A DNA stretch of 64,000 bases from Candidatus Heimdallarchaeota archaeon (GCA_011364965.1 RDOB01000001.1:64001-128000); one strand, 5' to 3'; counted from the first letter of the stretch, positions 9,274 to 19,791 are shown. Made by a program: numbers and translations. Notes: generated by a model from the sequence alone, not told the origin.

Positions 9274-9876
9274 ATGAATCACAGGGTAAATCGAGGTATT
9301 TACAAGGGTCTTATGATTACAGTAATTTTAGTTATATTTCTACCCTCTATTTTATCAGAGGAAACTGTTAATGCCAATATAACTACAACAAGCATAGATT
9401 TCCCGAAATTGTTTGTTATAAAATCTGTCGAAAAATCTGAAGTATATTTGGGAGATAGTTTCACTGTTACTATTACAATTAAGAATTATGGAAACCAAAC
9501 TGCTTATAATGTTACTTTTAGTGAACAATTAAATAATCCTTGGGTTTTTGAGGTCTCTGGTATTACTAAACTTTCTTATAATCAGATTGGAGAAAATGAA
9601 ACTAAGCAATTCAGTTATATTATTATAGCTAAATCTCTGGGGAGGTATCAATTAAATGCAGGCAAAGTTGATTATTACGATTCTGAAGTCAATCCAAATA
9701 AGTATATTGCATACAGTAACTCACCAGAAATCATAGTAAATGCAGAACCTGAGGATTTTTCGCTAGAAAATTTCAATGCAGCGATTTCACTTCTCTTAAT
9801 TCTGTTAATTGGAAATTTTCTTCTGATTGCGCGTTTAATCTCCCAAAAACTGAATAGACGCAAAAATGACGGTTAG
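9274..9876 (+). CDS. TRAP-beta (SSR2)-like Ig-fold type I membrane protein
   Basis: Signal peptide, one Ig-like domain (KLFVIKS...G..FTV...IKNYG..TAYNV...F.VSG), C-terminal TM and basic tail, 200 aa. Confidence 0.7.
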   Translation: MNHRVNRGIYKGLMITVILVIFLPSILSEETVNANITTTSIDFPKLFVIKSVEKSEVYLGDSFTVTITIKNYGNQTAYNVTFSEQLNNPWVFEVSGITKLSYNQIGENETKQFSYIIIAKSLGRYQLNAGKVDYYDSEVNPNKYIAYSNSPEIIVNAEPEDFSLENFNAAISLLLILLIGNFLLIARLISQKLNRRKNDG

Positions 9877-9887
9877 GTGGTCTCACA

Positions 9888-10448
9888 ATTTTTATACAGG
9901 AAAAGAATATTCCTGCGCAATTAGTTGATAAACAGGTTATCATTTGGGATCCTGAATTAGGAAGTGAGGTCTATCAATTGGGATACTTTGGGAAACCAGT
10001 GGGTATAAGAAAACCTAAATCCCCAAGATTCGATCGTCCACTGGAATTAACATTACTTGAAGCATTATTCCTATTTAAGAACAAACAAATTAGAATATTT
10101 GAAGAACCAGAGAATTTTATGGATGAAAAAACATTTTTTAAAATATGCATTGAAAGATTCACTAAGTTTGAAGATTTATACGCAGTTTATTCAGATCTCA
10201 GGAGTAAACGGTACATTGTTAGACCGGGATTGAAATTTGGAACGGACTTTGCCGTATATCGAAGAGGCCCAGGAATTGATCATGCTCCATTCCTCCTATC
10301 TATCTTTCCTAGGGATTCAACAATTGGACCTATTGATTTAGTTCTTTCAGGAAGATTAGCAACTTCAGTTAGGAAAAGATATGTCATAGCAACTGTACTT
10401 TCTGACCAACAAATCAGATATTATGTTTTTCAGTGGAATAGACCTTAA
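9888..10448 (+). CDS. endA: tRNA splicing endonuclease catalytic (alpha) subunit
   Basis: GLKFGTDFAVY..GPGIDH...SVRK (Tyr/His/Lys triad); homologous frame is open upstream of TTG 9978 to 9870, start uncertain. Confidence 0.9.
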   Translation: MFIQEKNIPAQLVDKQVIIWDPELGSEVYQLGYFGKPVGIRKPKSPRFDRPLELTLLEALFLFKNKQIRIFEEPENFMDEKTFFKICIERFTKFEDLYAVYSDLRSKRYIVRPGLKFGTDFAVYRRGPGIDHAPFLLSIFPRDSTIGPIDLVLSGRLATSVRKRYVIATVLSDQQIRYYVFQWNRP

Positions 10449-11104
10449 GAGTCAAAAGCTGATGAATAGATCCCTGCTTTAGGTTCGAAAAATTCTCCTG
10501 ATTCAAGTAATTCGGTAATAGCTGCATCTATTTGCTCTTCATCAATTTCTGCAAAGAATTCTACTATTTGAGAAAATGAAACACCATTCCCTTCATCTAG
10601 TTCTCTAACAACCTTCAAAAGCTTGGATTTTAAATCTTCTAACGAAATAATACCTAAATCAAGGCCCGAGACTTGAGCTTCTTCTATATGAGCTGAAATT
10701 TGCTTTTTAGATAATTCTTGAAGTACCTTAAGTCTGTGAACTAAAAACCAATTATCATCAGTAACGTAATTGACAATATTGGGTCTAACAAACACATCCA
10801 ACTCCTCATCTGACTGAGAAATTTGTATAAAACCTAATACCTCAATTTTGGCCCATTGGGGATACTTGTCTAATACCCCATCCCATGATTTAATGAAAAT
10901 GCACCCACTTCCATCTTCCAATTTTAGTCCTCTATAGTTATTACTCCCAGTTTGGTTTTCAGTAATGACTCCTATTAGCCAAACACGAGAAATAACAATT
11001 CGATCAATATCAATTAGTTGCCAGCGATCTTCATCATCTTGTATGAGTTCAGCTCGGTTTAATTGCTCGATCCTCATTTTTCTATATGGGTTAGATCGTT
11101 GCAT
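10445..11104 (-). CDS. Replication protein A 32-kDa-like subunit (OB fold + C-terminal winged helix)
   Basis: SRVWLIGVI...LEDGSG OB fold; GVSF...AITELLESGEFFEPKAG.Y wHTH. Confidence 0.85.
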   Translation of the reverse strand: MQRSNPYRKMRIEQLNRAELIQDDEDRWQLIDIDRIVISRVWLIGVITENQTGSNNYRGLKLEDGSGCIFIKSWDGVLDKYPQWAKIEVLGFIQISQSDEELDVFVRPNIVNYVTDDNWFLVHRLKVLQELSKKQISAHIEEAQVSGLDLGIISLEDLKSKLLKVVRELDEGNGVSFSQIVEFFAEIDEEQIDAAITELLESGEFFEPKAGIYSSAFDS

Positions 11105-11127
11105 AAAAATCCCTTAGTCAAAGTATG

Positions 11128-11577
11128 TTACATAATCCATTTTTCATTAATTTGTGTATAGCTTTGGAGTTCATTCTCCTTGAATAAGATTCCTAATTCA
11201 TATTTTGCCCGATCAGGTTGATCTGACGAATGAACAATATTTTTAGTCAGATGTAGACCTAAATCTCCCCTTATTGTACCAGGTTCGGCTTCTGGGGAGT
11301 TTGTTGCTCCACAGAGTTTCCGCACTACCTTCACTGCATTGGGCCCTTGTATTGCTAATGCTACAATTGGTCCAGACATTATAAATGCTTTCAAAATAGG
11401 GAAAAAGCTTTTCTTGAGATGAATATCATACAACTGCTCAATAGTTGAATCAGTAAGAATCTCCATTTTCAAACCTATAATTTTTAAGCCTTTCTCTTCA
11501 ATTCGTGAAATTATTTTTCCTATTAGTCCTCTTTGCACAGCATCAGGTTTAATCATTAAAAGAGTTGTTTCAATCAC
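11128..11577 (-). CDS. ndk: Nucleoside diphosphate kinase
   Basis: IKPDAVQR, PGTIRGD, NIVHSSD. Confidence 0.97.
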   Translation of the reverse strand: MIETTLLMIKPDAVQRGLIGKIISRIEEKGLKIIGLKMEILTDSTIEQLYDIHLKKSFFPILKAFIMSGPIVALAIQGPNAVKVVRKLCGATNSPEAEPGTIRGDLGLHLTKNIVHSSDQPDRAKYELGILFKENELQSYTQINEKWIM

Positions 11578-11958
11578 TTCTGTTCGCTTCCTTTTGGTGT
11601 ATAGTTTTCCATGAGCGTGATAAAGCCTATGGGATGCATGGAAAATTTGATATCTGTATTACGTGAAATAAATTGTTTTTATATTAATGAATAATCTATC
11701 CCACACGAATTGGATCTCTTTTGGTAGATTAAACCTACTCCTTATTCTCATATTAAAATTCTTTTTTGGGATTTCTAAGGTTATTTTATGTCTTTATTGT
11801 AACTCAATGTCTTATTTCTCAATTCAGAAAGAAAAAAAGATTATAAAAATTGTCTTAATTGTCGCTCTTGCTCTGTAATTTTTCTTTGATTAAAAAAAAA
11901 TCATTTGTCAAGGAATTCAAGGAAAGAAAATTATTATTAACAAAGGAAACGTGACAAT

Positions 11959-14406
11959 ATGTTTACAACGTTTATGGATTTGGGACTCTTTGAACAGTTA
12001 ACCCTAATGATAGTTATCATCGTGGCCATTATTTCTTTTATCTATTCATGGTGGTTACGAAAGGATGTACTCAGTCATGACGCGGGTACCGCGGAAATGC
12101 GGAAAGTATGGGAAGCAATCAATGAAGGAGCCAATGCTTATCTTCGGAAACAGCTCAGAACGATTCTTCCAATAGTTATTCTTTTAACTGTAGCATTATT
12201 CCTCAGTGTTTACCTTGTTCATCCCTCAGAAGCTGCGGCGGTAGAGTTTGGACGTTTTGGTGAAGAAAATGCAATTATAATCGTTGCAGTTGGTCGAACC
12301 CTTGCATTCATAATGGGTGCATCGTTTTCAACTATGGTTGGACAATTCGGAATGAGAATTGCAGTTCAAGGTAATCTGAGAGTAGCAGCAACTGCTGCAA
12401 AAAGCACAGATGCTGATGGAAATCACATTGACATAGGCAAACGATATAATAAGGCGCTTTCAGTGGCCTATCATGCAGGAACAGTAACTGGTATGCTCAC
12501 TGATGGATTCGGTCTCTTAGGAGGAACAATTATTTTTATAATATTTGGTACGGCTGCGCCTGATGCACTACTTGGCTTTGGCTTTGGTGGAACCATTCTT
12601 GCCCTCTTTATGAGGGTTGGAGGTGGAATATATACAAAAGCAGCTGATGTTGGAGCTGATCTGGTTGGAAAAGTAGAGAAAGATGTACCAGAAGACGATC
12701 CACGAAACGCAGGAGTGATAGCCGATCTTGTTGGTGATAATGTTGGCGATTGTGCAGGAATGGCTGCAGATATCTTCGAGTCATATGAAGTTACAATTGT
12801 TTCATCATTGATTCTAGGATTAGTTTTATACGGATTAGATGGACGTATAGTATGGATTATGTTTCCGCTAATTATTAGAGCTGTTGGAGTCATTAGCTCC
12901 ATGGTGGGAACATATGCAGTTGCCTTATGGAAAACACCTGATGCTGAAAAAGCAATGTTTCAGTCCTATGAGATATCTAGTGCTATTACTATCTTAACTT
13001 CTTTTACTATAGCTACATTCTATGCTGGAGATTGGAGAATGGGGCTATTAATTGCCATAGGAGTCTTACTTGCTGTTTCATTCAACCCAATTACTGCTAG
13101 ATTTACAGCTAAGAAAGGTGGACCTGTTGTAGAGGTTTATGAATCCACGAAGGGAGGCCCAGCAACAACTATTCTCAGTGGAATAGCTCTTGGATATGAA
13201 TCAAGTGTTTGGGCCCTTGTCACGATTTGTATTTCTTTTATCCTAACAATCGTTACTTTTGTTATTTTACCAGGAAACGCTCAATTACCTTTAATTGGAT
13301 CGTTCCTTTCAGGAAATGCAATCGTGATTGATCCAGCACACATTGGTGAAGCAATTTTATATGGAATCGCGTTGATTGGTATAGGTATGCTTTCCCACAC
13401 AGGTAATAATGTTGCAATGGATTCTTTTGGACCTATAAGCGATAATGCCCAAGGAATTGCAGAAATGACTGGAATGGATGAGGAATCCAGGAAAGTACTT
13501 GAAGAATTAGATGCTGTCGGAAATACTACAAAAGCTATTACAAAAGGTGTGGCAATTGCGTCTGCAGTGATTGCATCCGTAAGTCTATTCGCATCATTTG
13601 TGACCGATGTGGGAATTGTTGCTAGAAATCTAGGTTTAACTAGTCCATTAGCATACGGATTAAGGATAAATATTCCTGCAGTATTCGTAGGTTTGCTTCT
13701 TGGTGGCGCATTACCATGGATTTTCTCAGCATTTAATATAAGAGCTGTAAGTCGCGCCGCTGGGCAAACTATTGACGAGGTTCGACGACAATTCAAAATT
13801 CCAGGAATTATGGAGGGTACTAAAAAGCCAGAGTATGGACGTGTTGTTAACATTGTAACCGCGGCCGCTCAAAAAGAATTGATCAGTCTGACCATTCTAG
13901 CTGTAAGTGCACCGATTTTTATTGCGATATTTTTCACATTGTCATTGAGTATTTTTGGTGGTAATTTTGATCAACAGCTAATTGGATCAGGTGTAGAAGC
14001 TTTAGGCGGATTTCAAGCTGGTATTATTGTCAGTGGACAACTATTAGCAGTTTATATGTCGAATGCAGGAGGTGCTTGGGACAATGCTAAGAAGGCCATC
14101 GAAGATGAACCTCGAGATCTTGCTAAAAATACAGGAAAAGGCTCTGAACGGCACATGGCAAGTGTTGTTGGAGATACTGTTGGCGATCCACTCAAAGATA
14201 CAGCAGGGCCTGCATTGAATCCAATGATTAAGGTTATCAACTTGATCAGCCTTATACTTGCACCTCTCTTAGTACAATCATACCAAGATCAGAACTTGCA
14301 ATTGATCCTCGCAGTTGTAGGCATTTTTCTTTTTATTGCCTTTATATGGGCATATCGTAGAAGTTCAAGTAAATCTGCGCTATCTTTGGATAATATCACG
14401 AAATAG
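11959..14406 (+). CDS. hppA: Membrane-bound pyrophosphatase, K+-independent H+-pumping type
   Basis: DVGADLVGKVE, DNVGD, GDTVGDPLKD; GNTTKA (Lys) signature of the K+-independent class. Confidence 0.95.
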   Translation: MFTTFMDLGLFEQLTLMIVIIVAIISFIYSWWLRKDVLSHDAGTAEMRKVWEAINEGANAYLRKQLRTILPIVILLTVALFLSVYLVHPSEAAAVEFGRFGEENAIIIVAVGRTLAFIMGASFSTMVGQFGMRIAVQGNLRVAATAAKSTDADGNHIDIGKRYNKALSVAYHAGTVTGMLTDGFGLLGGTIIFIIFGTAAPDALLGFGFGGTILALFMRVGGGIYTKAADVGADLVGKVEKDVPEDDPRNAGVIADLVGDNVGDCAGMAADIFESYEVTIVSSLILGLVLYGLDGRIVWIMFPLIIRAVGVISSMVGTYAVALWKTPDAEKAMFQSYEISSAITILTSFTIATFYAGDWRMGLLIAIGVLLAVSFNPITARFTAKKGGPVVEVYESTKGGPATTILSGIALGYESSVWALVTICISFILTIVTFVILPGNAQLPLIGSFLSGNAIVIDPAHIGEAILYGIALIGIGMLSHTGNNVAMDSFGPISDNAQGIAEMTGMDEESRKVLEELDAVGNTTKAITKGVAIASAVIASVSLFASFVTDVGIVARNLGLTSPLAYGLRINIPAVFVGLLLGGALPWIFSAFNIRAVSRAAGQTIDEVRRQFKIPGIMEGTKKPEYGRVVNIVTAAAQKELISLTILAVSAPIFIAIFFTLSLSIFGGNFDQQLIGSGVEALGGFQAGIIVSGQLLAVYMSNAGGAWDNAKKAIEDEPRDLAKNTGKGSERHMASVVGDTVGDPLKDTAGPALNPMIKVINLISLILAPLLVQSYQDQNLQLILAVVGIFLFIAFIWAYRRSSSKSALSLDNITK

Positions 14407-14447
14407 GATTGGAACTGAGTTTCAATTCCTATTCTTTTCCTTTTTTT
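14402..14447 (+). terminator. Hairpin plus T-tract terminator of hppA
   Basis: AATAGGATTGGAAC / GTTTCAATTCCTATT imperfect inverted repeat followed by CTTTTCCTTTTTTT. Confidence 0.6.
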
Positions 14448-14555
14448 CAGTTTCTAAATATCTTAGAAAAACTCAATACTAATTTCAATAAACCCCTTAT
14501 TGATCTGTTTTTAGTAGCTGGCCATCTAAATTAAGCAGATTGAGGTCCTACGAAA

Positions 14556-15098
14556 ATGTATTATCTAACGAGAATTCGTGAAACCGTACGTGTTCCACCA
14601 AACCGTTTTGGGGATCGTATTGAAGATGTTATCCTAGATCTCTCAAGAAGCAAAAATGAAACTACTATTGGGGGAGATATTGGGATGATTGTTGCCATTC
14701 TAAATGTTAATGAGATCTCTCCAGGAAGAATAGTCCCGGGAGATGGAGCTACTTTCCATGATGTCGAATATGAAGCACTTACATTTCGACCAATCGATGA
14801 TGAAATCACTGAAGGAGAAGTTGTTGAGACGACCAAATTCGGTTTTTTCATGAGGATTGGATGTACAGATGCATTAGCACATATTAGTCAGATTTCTGAT
14901 GAATATTTCCAGATGTCATCACGTGCATCAGGAGTTCTTGTGGGACGAGAATCTGGACGTACTATTAGACCAGGGGATTTGGTTCGAGGTAAAATAATAA
15001 CTGCTACAGTTGACCATGTCAGCATGAAAATCGCAGTAACAATGAAAGGGGAAGGATTGGGATTAAAAAATTGGTTAAAAGAAGAACAAAAGGCATAA
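14556..15098 (+). CDS. rpo7: RNA polymerase subunit Rpo7 (E')
   Basis: VRVPPNRFG, GRIVPGDGA, S1 domain, GLG.K.W. Confidence 0.95.
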   Translation: MYYLTRIRETVRVPPNRFGDRIEDVILDLSRSKNETTIGGDIGMIVAILNVNEISPGRIVPGDGATFHDVEYEALTFRPIDDEITEGEVVETTKFGFFMRIGCTDALAHISQISDEYFQMSSRASGVLVGRESGRTIRPGDLVRGKIITATVDHVSMKIAVTMKGEGLGLKNWLKEEQKA

Positions 15099-15110
15099 AA
15101 GGTAATAGAA

Positions 15111-15302
15111 ATGAAGAAAAAGGCATGCAAAAAATGTAATAGTATCGTTGATGGTGAACAGGTATGCCCTATTTGTAAAACACACAATCATCTCTCCAAA
15201 AGCTTCTCTGGCATGGTAATTATCAGAGATATTGATAAAAGCAAAATTGCCAGAAAATTGAACATTAAAAGGCCTGGAAAATACGCTATTAAAGTTAGGT
15301 AG
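15111..15302 (+). CDS. spt4: Transcription elongation factor Spt4 (RpoE'')
   Basis: KACKKC...CPIC...PGKYAIKVR. Confidence 0.95.
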   Translation: MKKKACKKCNSIVDGEQVCPICKTHNHLSKSFSGMVIIRDIDKSKIARKLNIKRPGKYAIKVR

Positions 15303-15309
15303 ATGATAT

Positions 15310-15882
15310 TTGGGTTATAAACTTCCAAAATCGTTAAGATCGGAACTTCGGACTCCTATAGGTCAGCTCTTTACTGGGAGCGGGAAGTATCCTGCAAAAA
15401 GAGTAGTGAAATTCATTGAGGAAAATAATTCTATTTTAAGTATCTCAATCGGAGATTTTTGTACTAGGTCGTTATTGGATATAAAATTTTACCCTGATGT
15501 CGTTATTTATGATGGGAAAACTAAACGTCATAGTACACTCTCATTGGATCTTAACTTTTATCATAAATTCGAAACTGTTAATCCCCCAGAGTGGATTTTA
15601 TTCCAAGCAAAGAAGGTTATTGAGAATGCAATTAACTTTAATACTGTAAATAATTCCCGCGTAGCTGTCCGGATTGATGGTGAAGAAGACCTACTGATAA
15701 TTCCTACTATCACCCTTGCTCCTCTGGGCGCTACAATAATATATGGACAACCTCCAATGGTAAATACCGAGGAGGGAATTGTGGCAGTAGTAATATCACC
15801 TTCATTAAAAAACATGATGCAGAAACTATTAGAAAAATTTGAATTTCACGAGGAATGGGCAAATGGAAACAACAATCCTTGA
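15310..15882 (+). CDS. GTP-dependent dephospho-CoA kinase (DUF359)
   Basis: IGD, DGKTKR, VNPP, DGEEDL, YGQP; conserved position between spt4 and rps24e. Confidence 0.9.
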   Translation: MGYKLPKSLRSELRTPIGQLFTGSGKYPAKRVVKFIEENNSILSISIGDFCTRSLLDIKFYPDVVIYDGKTKRHSTLSLDLNFYHKFETVNPPEWILFQAKKVIENAINFNTVNNSRVAVRIDGEEDLLIIPTITLAPLGATIIYGQPPMVNTEEGIVAVVISPSLKNMMQKLLEKFEFHEEWANGNNNP

Positions 15883-16165
15883 GGAAAAGTATAATCAACT
15901 TATCGGTCGTAAAGAAGTCGATGTACTAGTAACTCACCTTGGAGAGAAAACACCAACGAGAGAGGCAGTTAGATCTAAAATTGCAGCATTATTGAATATG
16001 GATTTAGAAAATGTAGTCATTCAATCGATTATTGGACATTTTGGAGAACCAAGATCCCGTGTAACTGTGCATTGCTATGAAAATGCAGAAGATGCATCCA
16101 TTTATGAACCAATTTATAGATTAAAGCGTAATAAAATCATTGAAGACGAGAAATCAGAGAGTTGA
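15863..16165 (+). CDS. rps24e: 30S ribosomal protein S24e
   Basis: [14 protein letters not shown]..., YE; start ATG 15863. Confidence 0.93.
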   Translation: METTILEEKYNQLIGRKEVDVLVTHLGEKTPTREAVRSKIAALLNMDLENVVIQSIIGHFGEPRSRVTVHCYENAEDASIYEPIYRLKRNKIIEDEKSES

Positions 16166-16170
16166 AGGGA

Positions 16171-16332
16171 ATGCCTATCAGAAGAAAGCCAGCAAATGAA
16201 TATTACGATGTTGATTATAAGAAGGGAGCATTTAAAAGAACCCGTAAAACATGTCCAAGATGTAAAGGATCCTTTATGGCAAAACATAAAGATAGAAGTT
16301 CCTGTGGTCTCTGCGGATATACAGAATTCTAA
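16171..16332 (+). CDS. rps27ae: 30S ribosomal protein S27ae (missing from ORF track)
   Basis: [53 protein letters not shown]. Confidence 0.95.
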   Translation: MPIRRKPANEYYDVDYKKGAFKRTRKTCPRCKGSFMAKHKDRSSCGLCGYTEF

Positions 16333-16353
16333 AAATTAGTAATTGATAATCTT

Positions 16354-17346
16354 ATGGACCCCCAAAAAACCCCAGTAATTCTAGGCTTGGAGGGAACTGC
16401 TCATACAGCAGGAATATCAGTCGTAAAAGGTTCTGAAATCCTGATTAATAAATCTACAACTTATTTGCCTACTCAAGGAGGAATTCATCCTCGTGAAGCT
16501 GCAGATTATCTCTCCAAGCATTATCCATTGCTTTTACAAGAGGTAATCAACGAACTCTCCATTAATCTGAAAGAAATTGATGCAATCGCATTCTCAAGAG
16601 GTCCTGGTCTTGGGCCGTGTTTACGTATCACCGCTACAATTGCTAGAGCGTTAGCATTATATCTTCAAAAACCTTTAATCGGTGTAAATCATTGTATTGC
16701 GCATGTAGAATTAGGCCGAATGATTACTCCAGCAAGGGATCCAGTAGTTCTATATGTAAGCGGCGGTAATACTCAACTGATAGCGTTCTTAAATCAAAAG
16801 TATAGAATTCTTGGCGAAACCCTTGATGTGGCTATTGGTAATGCCTTGGATGCACTTGGGCGGTCTTTAGGATTATCTCACCCTGGAGGCCCAAACATCG
16901 AAAGAGAGGCCAGTGAAGGGAAAAAATTATTACTTTTGCCATATACAGTTAAAGGAATGTCTTTTTCATTTTCTGGAGCAGTCACTGCTGCTCAAAGGTT
17001 AATAAATGTAGAATCAGTCCAAGATATTTGTTTTTCATTTCAAGAGTATACATTCTCAGCTTTAGCTGAAGCAACCGAAAGAGCACTATCCTGTACAAAA
17101 AAACCTAGTGTTCTGCTTACTGGGGGAGTCGCAGCTAATATGAGATTGAGACAAATGATACAAAATGTAGCTGACGAACAAGGAGTAGAATTTCATGTTG
17201 TTCCAAAACACCTAGCTGGGGATAACGGAGCGATGATTGCGATGGCAGGAACGCTTATGTATAAAGTTGGAGAATTCGTAGAGATAATTAAAAGCTCCGT
17301 AAGGCCTCGTTGGCGAACAGATCAAGTAAAGGTGAGTTGGTTATGA
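16354..17346 (+). CDS. kae1: KEOPS t6A synthase Kae1
   Basis: LGLEGTAH, GGIHPREAA, VNHCIAHVE, SGGNT, DNGAMIA. Confidence 0.97.
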   Translation: MDPQKTPVILGLEGTAHTAGISVVKGSEILINKSTTYLPTQGGIHPREAADYLSKHYPLLLQEVINELSINLKEIDAIAFSRGPGLGPCLRITATIARALALYLQKPLIGVNHCIAHVELGRMITPARDPVVLYVSGGNTQLIAFLNQKYRILGETLDVAIGNALDALGRSLGLSHPGGPNIEREASEGKKLLLLPYTVKGMSFSFSGAVTAAQRLINVESVQDICFSFQEYTFSALAEATERALSCTKKPSVLLTGGVAANMRLRQMIQNVADEQGVEFHVVPKHLAGDNGAMIAMAGTLMYKVGEFVEIIKSSVRPRWRTDQVKVSWL

Positions 17347-17990
17347 AAAGAAATCCACATAAGGAACTCGCTAAAGGAGCTGAAGCTATAATTTACCAAG
17401 GAAGATTCCTAAATTTCAAAGTTATTCTTAAAAAGAGGGTTCCGAAATTATATAGGTTGCCTGAGATTGATTATAGAATTAGAACCCAACGTTTAAGAAG
17501 TGAAGCAAAAACCATGGTTTCAGCATGGCAATGTGGGGTCCGTGTACCAGAATTACTTGGAATCGATCTTGAGAAGACTACTTTAATCTGTAAATTTATA
17601 GAAGGGGACTTGTTATATACAGCAGTTAGAACACACGATAGTATTCAAAAAATCTTTTTTAAAGTTGGAGAAGAAATAGCCCATCTGCATGCAAATGACC
17701 TGATTCACGGAGATTTAACTGTTTTTAATGTTATAGTTACGGAGAAATTGATTCCCTACATTATCGATTTCGGTTTAGGAGGATTTTCTGGAGAATTAGA
17801 GAGGAAAGCGGATGATTTATTAACTTTTTATAGTACATTGAAAGCTATTACTCCAAAAAACAAGCAATTATTTGAAAATTTTAAACAAGGATATATAAAT
17901 GGCTATTCTGAAGGAATACAAGCCTTAGAACAAATGAGAAAAATTATGAGTAGAGCACGATACATTGCTCGTGAAAATAGATTAGAATGA
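17343..17990 (+). CDS. bud32: KEOPS kinase Bud32
   Basis: KGAEA, K.YR, HGDLT, IDFGLG; ATGA overlap with kae1. Confidence 0.95.
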   Translation: MKRNPHKELAKGAEAIIYQGRFLNFKVILKKRVPKLYRLPEIDYRIRTQRLRSEAKTMVSAWQCGVRVPELLGIDLEKTTLICKFIEGDLLYTAVRTHDSIQKIFFKVGEEIAHLHANDLIHGDLTVFNVIVTEKLIPYIIDFGLGGFSGELERKADDLLTFYSTLKAITPKNKQLFENFKQGYINGYSEGIQALEQMRKIMSRARYIARENRLE

Positions 17991-18027
17991 TTTTAATATA
18001 ATCTAATTGCTTTAGGGACGTAAAAAT

Positions 18028-18783
18028 ATGAAATTCAAGGTTTATACAGAAAAAATGGAATTATTAAAGAAATGTAAGACATTTATTGGAGGTTGGCACG
18101 GCTTAGGTGAAATTGGCTATATTACAGTTTCCCATCTTGTGCAAGAGCTGAATCTAGATCGAATCGCAAGCATTCTATCCAGTGGTGCTCCCCCTTTCAT
18201 ATCAGTTCAGGATAAAATTTTACGATTGCCATTTGAAATATATGGAAAAGAAGGGTTGGATTTTGCGGTTTTTATTCCTCATCTACAACCATATCGTCAT
18301 GTTCAGATTGAATTTTCAGAAAAATTAACAGAATGGATCTTAGATAATGATAATTTTGAAGTTGCATACTTCTTAGGAGGAGTTGATAAAAGATTGAAGT
18401 CATCAGAAAATAGTTTACAGTACATTCCAACAAGAGCCTTCTTCAATTATCCTGCTCTCCCTGAAGATTTCACTGAGGAAGTGGAAGCAAACTTACTTGA
18501 CCCAGGCTTATTTGTTGCTGGACCTCTAGCTATTATGCTAGGTTATTTGGATATGAATGCTTTCCCTGCCATAGGATTGCTTGCATATGCAGAGAGAGAA
18601 CGTCCAGATCCCTTAGGAGCAGTTTCTGCAATCAAGAAGTTGAATTCTCTTCTTAATGTGGAAATAAAAACAGAGGAGCTAATTAAAAACGCTCAAACGA
18701 TAGAAGAAGAGATTAAGCGCCAGTTAGCTCCCATGGAAGAGACGGATAAAGACAAATTAACTGCTAGACGGATGTACACTTAA
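18028..18783 (+). CDS. PAC2-family proteasome assembly chaperone with C-terminal HbYX (MYT)
   Basis: GGWHGLGEIG, LGG, PDPLGA, C-terminal MYT. Confidence 0.88.
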   Translation: MKFKVYTEKMELLKKCKTFIGGWHGLGEIGYITVSHLVQELNLDRIASILSSGAPPFISVQDKILRLPFEIYGKEGLDFAVFIPHLQPYRHVQIEFSEKLTEWILDNDNFEVAYFLGGVDKRLKSSENSLQYIPTRAFFNYPALPEDFTEEVEANLLDPGLFVAGPLAIMLGYLDMNAFPAIGLLAYAERERPDPLGAVSAIKKLNSLLNVEIKTEELIKNAQTIEEEIKRQLAPMEETDKDKLTARRMYT

Positions 18784-18797
18784 TCTACTTTATTAAC

Positions 18798-19610
18798 CTA
18801 TTTACCATAACGACGTTGACGTGATTGATAAACGCGAATAGCTCTCCAAAGATCAATTTTCCTAAAACCTGGGAAGAATACATCTGCAAAATAAAGCTCA
18901 CTATAAGCTGATTGCCAAGTTAAAAAACCAGAAAGACGTTCTTCACCAGAAGTTCGTATAATGAGATCAGGGTCGGGTATACCATTAGTATAGAGATGCC
19001 GTTCTACCACGATTTCATTAATATCTTCGGTTTTCATTTCCCCTTTTTCAATTTTTTTCGCAATGGATCTAATTGCGTCAATCATTTCAGCCCTGCCTCC
19101 ATAACCAACGGCTATGATTAATGTAGGTCCATGTTCATCGGTTTTTGTACTTTCAACAGCATCATGAATAGCATCTTGGACATTCTTGGGTAATAGATGA
19201 GTTCTACCAATAACTTTGATCTTTACATTTCGCTTTTTAATTTCGGGATGGCCTACAATCTCCCGAAAGGTTTTTTCGAAAATTGACATTAACTGTTGTA
19301 CTTCTTCCTCATTTCGCTGAAAATTCTCTGTAGAAAACGCATAAAGTGTTAGATATTCAATTCTAAGATCCCACATCCACTTTAGTATTTCTTTCAGCTT
19401 CTCTCTTCCCAGTTGGTGGCCATAAGTAGCAGGTAGGTTTTTAGCTTTTGCATAACGGCGGTTCCCATCCATAATTAAAGCAACGTGTTGAGGATGAATA
19501 CCTTGTTCAATTCCATCTTTTATCTGAGCCCAAAGACGCCGTTCATATAATCGATATAGAATTGAATCGAAATTGAGCTTCAAGTGGTAATCACCAGAAC
19601 ATTTTAGCAA
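18798..19610 (-). CDS. uppS: cis-prenyltransferase (UppS family)
   Basis: HVALIMDGNRR, YAFSTENF, RTSGEERLSGF, RRYG. Confidence 0.95.
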   Translation of the reverse strand: MLKCSGDYHLKLNFDSILYRLYERRLWAQIKDGIEQGIHPQHVALIMDGNRRYAKAKNLPATYGHQLGREKLKEILKWMWDLRIEYLTLYAFSTENFQRNEEEVQQLMSIFEKTFREIVGHPEIKKRNVKIKVIGRTHLLPKNVQDAIHDAVESTKTDEHGPTLIIAVGYGGRAEMIDAIRSIAKKIEKGEMKTEDINEIVVERHLYTNGIPDPDLIIRTSGEERLSGFLTWQSAYSELYFADVFFPGFRKIDLWRAIRVYQSRQRRYGK

Positions 19611-19791
19611 GACTTGCTTTTAATTTTAAATTAAATGGAATGATTCCTCCGCAATTAGTATACCATCAAAGATCATATAAAAAATTAGTTCAACTCTCAT
19701 GTAGTTAAAAAAAAATTTACATTCTTGGAACAATATGCACTATCGTATTCATAAGGGAGTAATAATAACTAAAGAAATTTAGAAAAATAAA

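Noticed and set aside
11687-11878. 63-aa hydrophobic ORF
   Set aside because: Low-complexity AT-rich promoter region between ndk and hppA; no motif
12471-14240. Three minus-strand ORFs (143, 190, 62 aa)
   Set aside because: Antisense shadows within hppA
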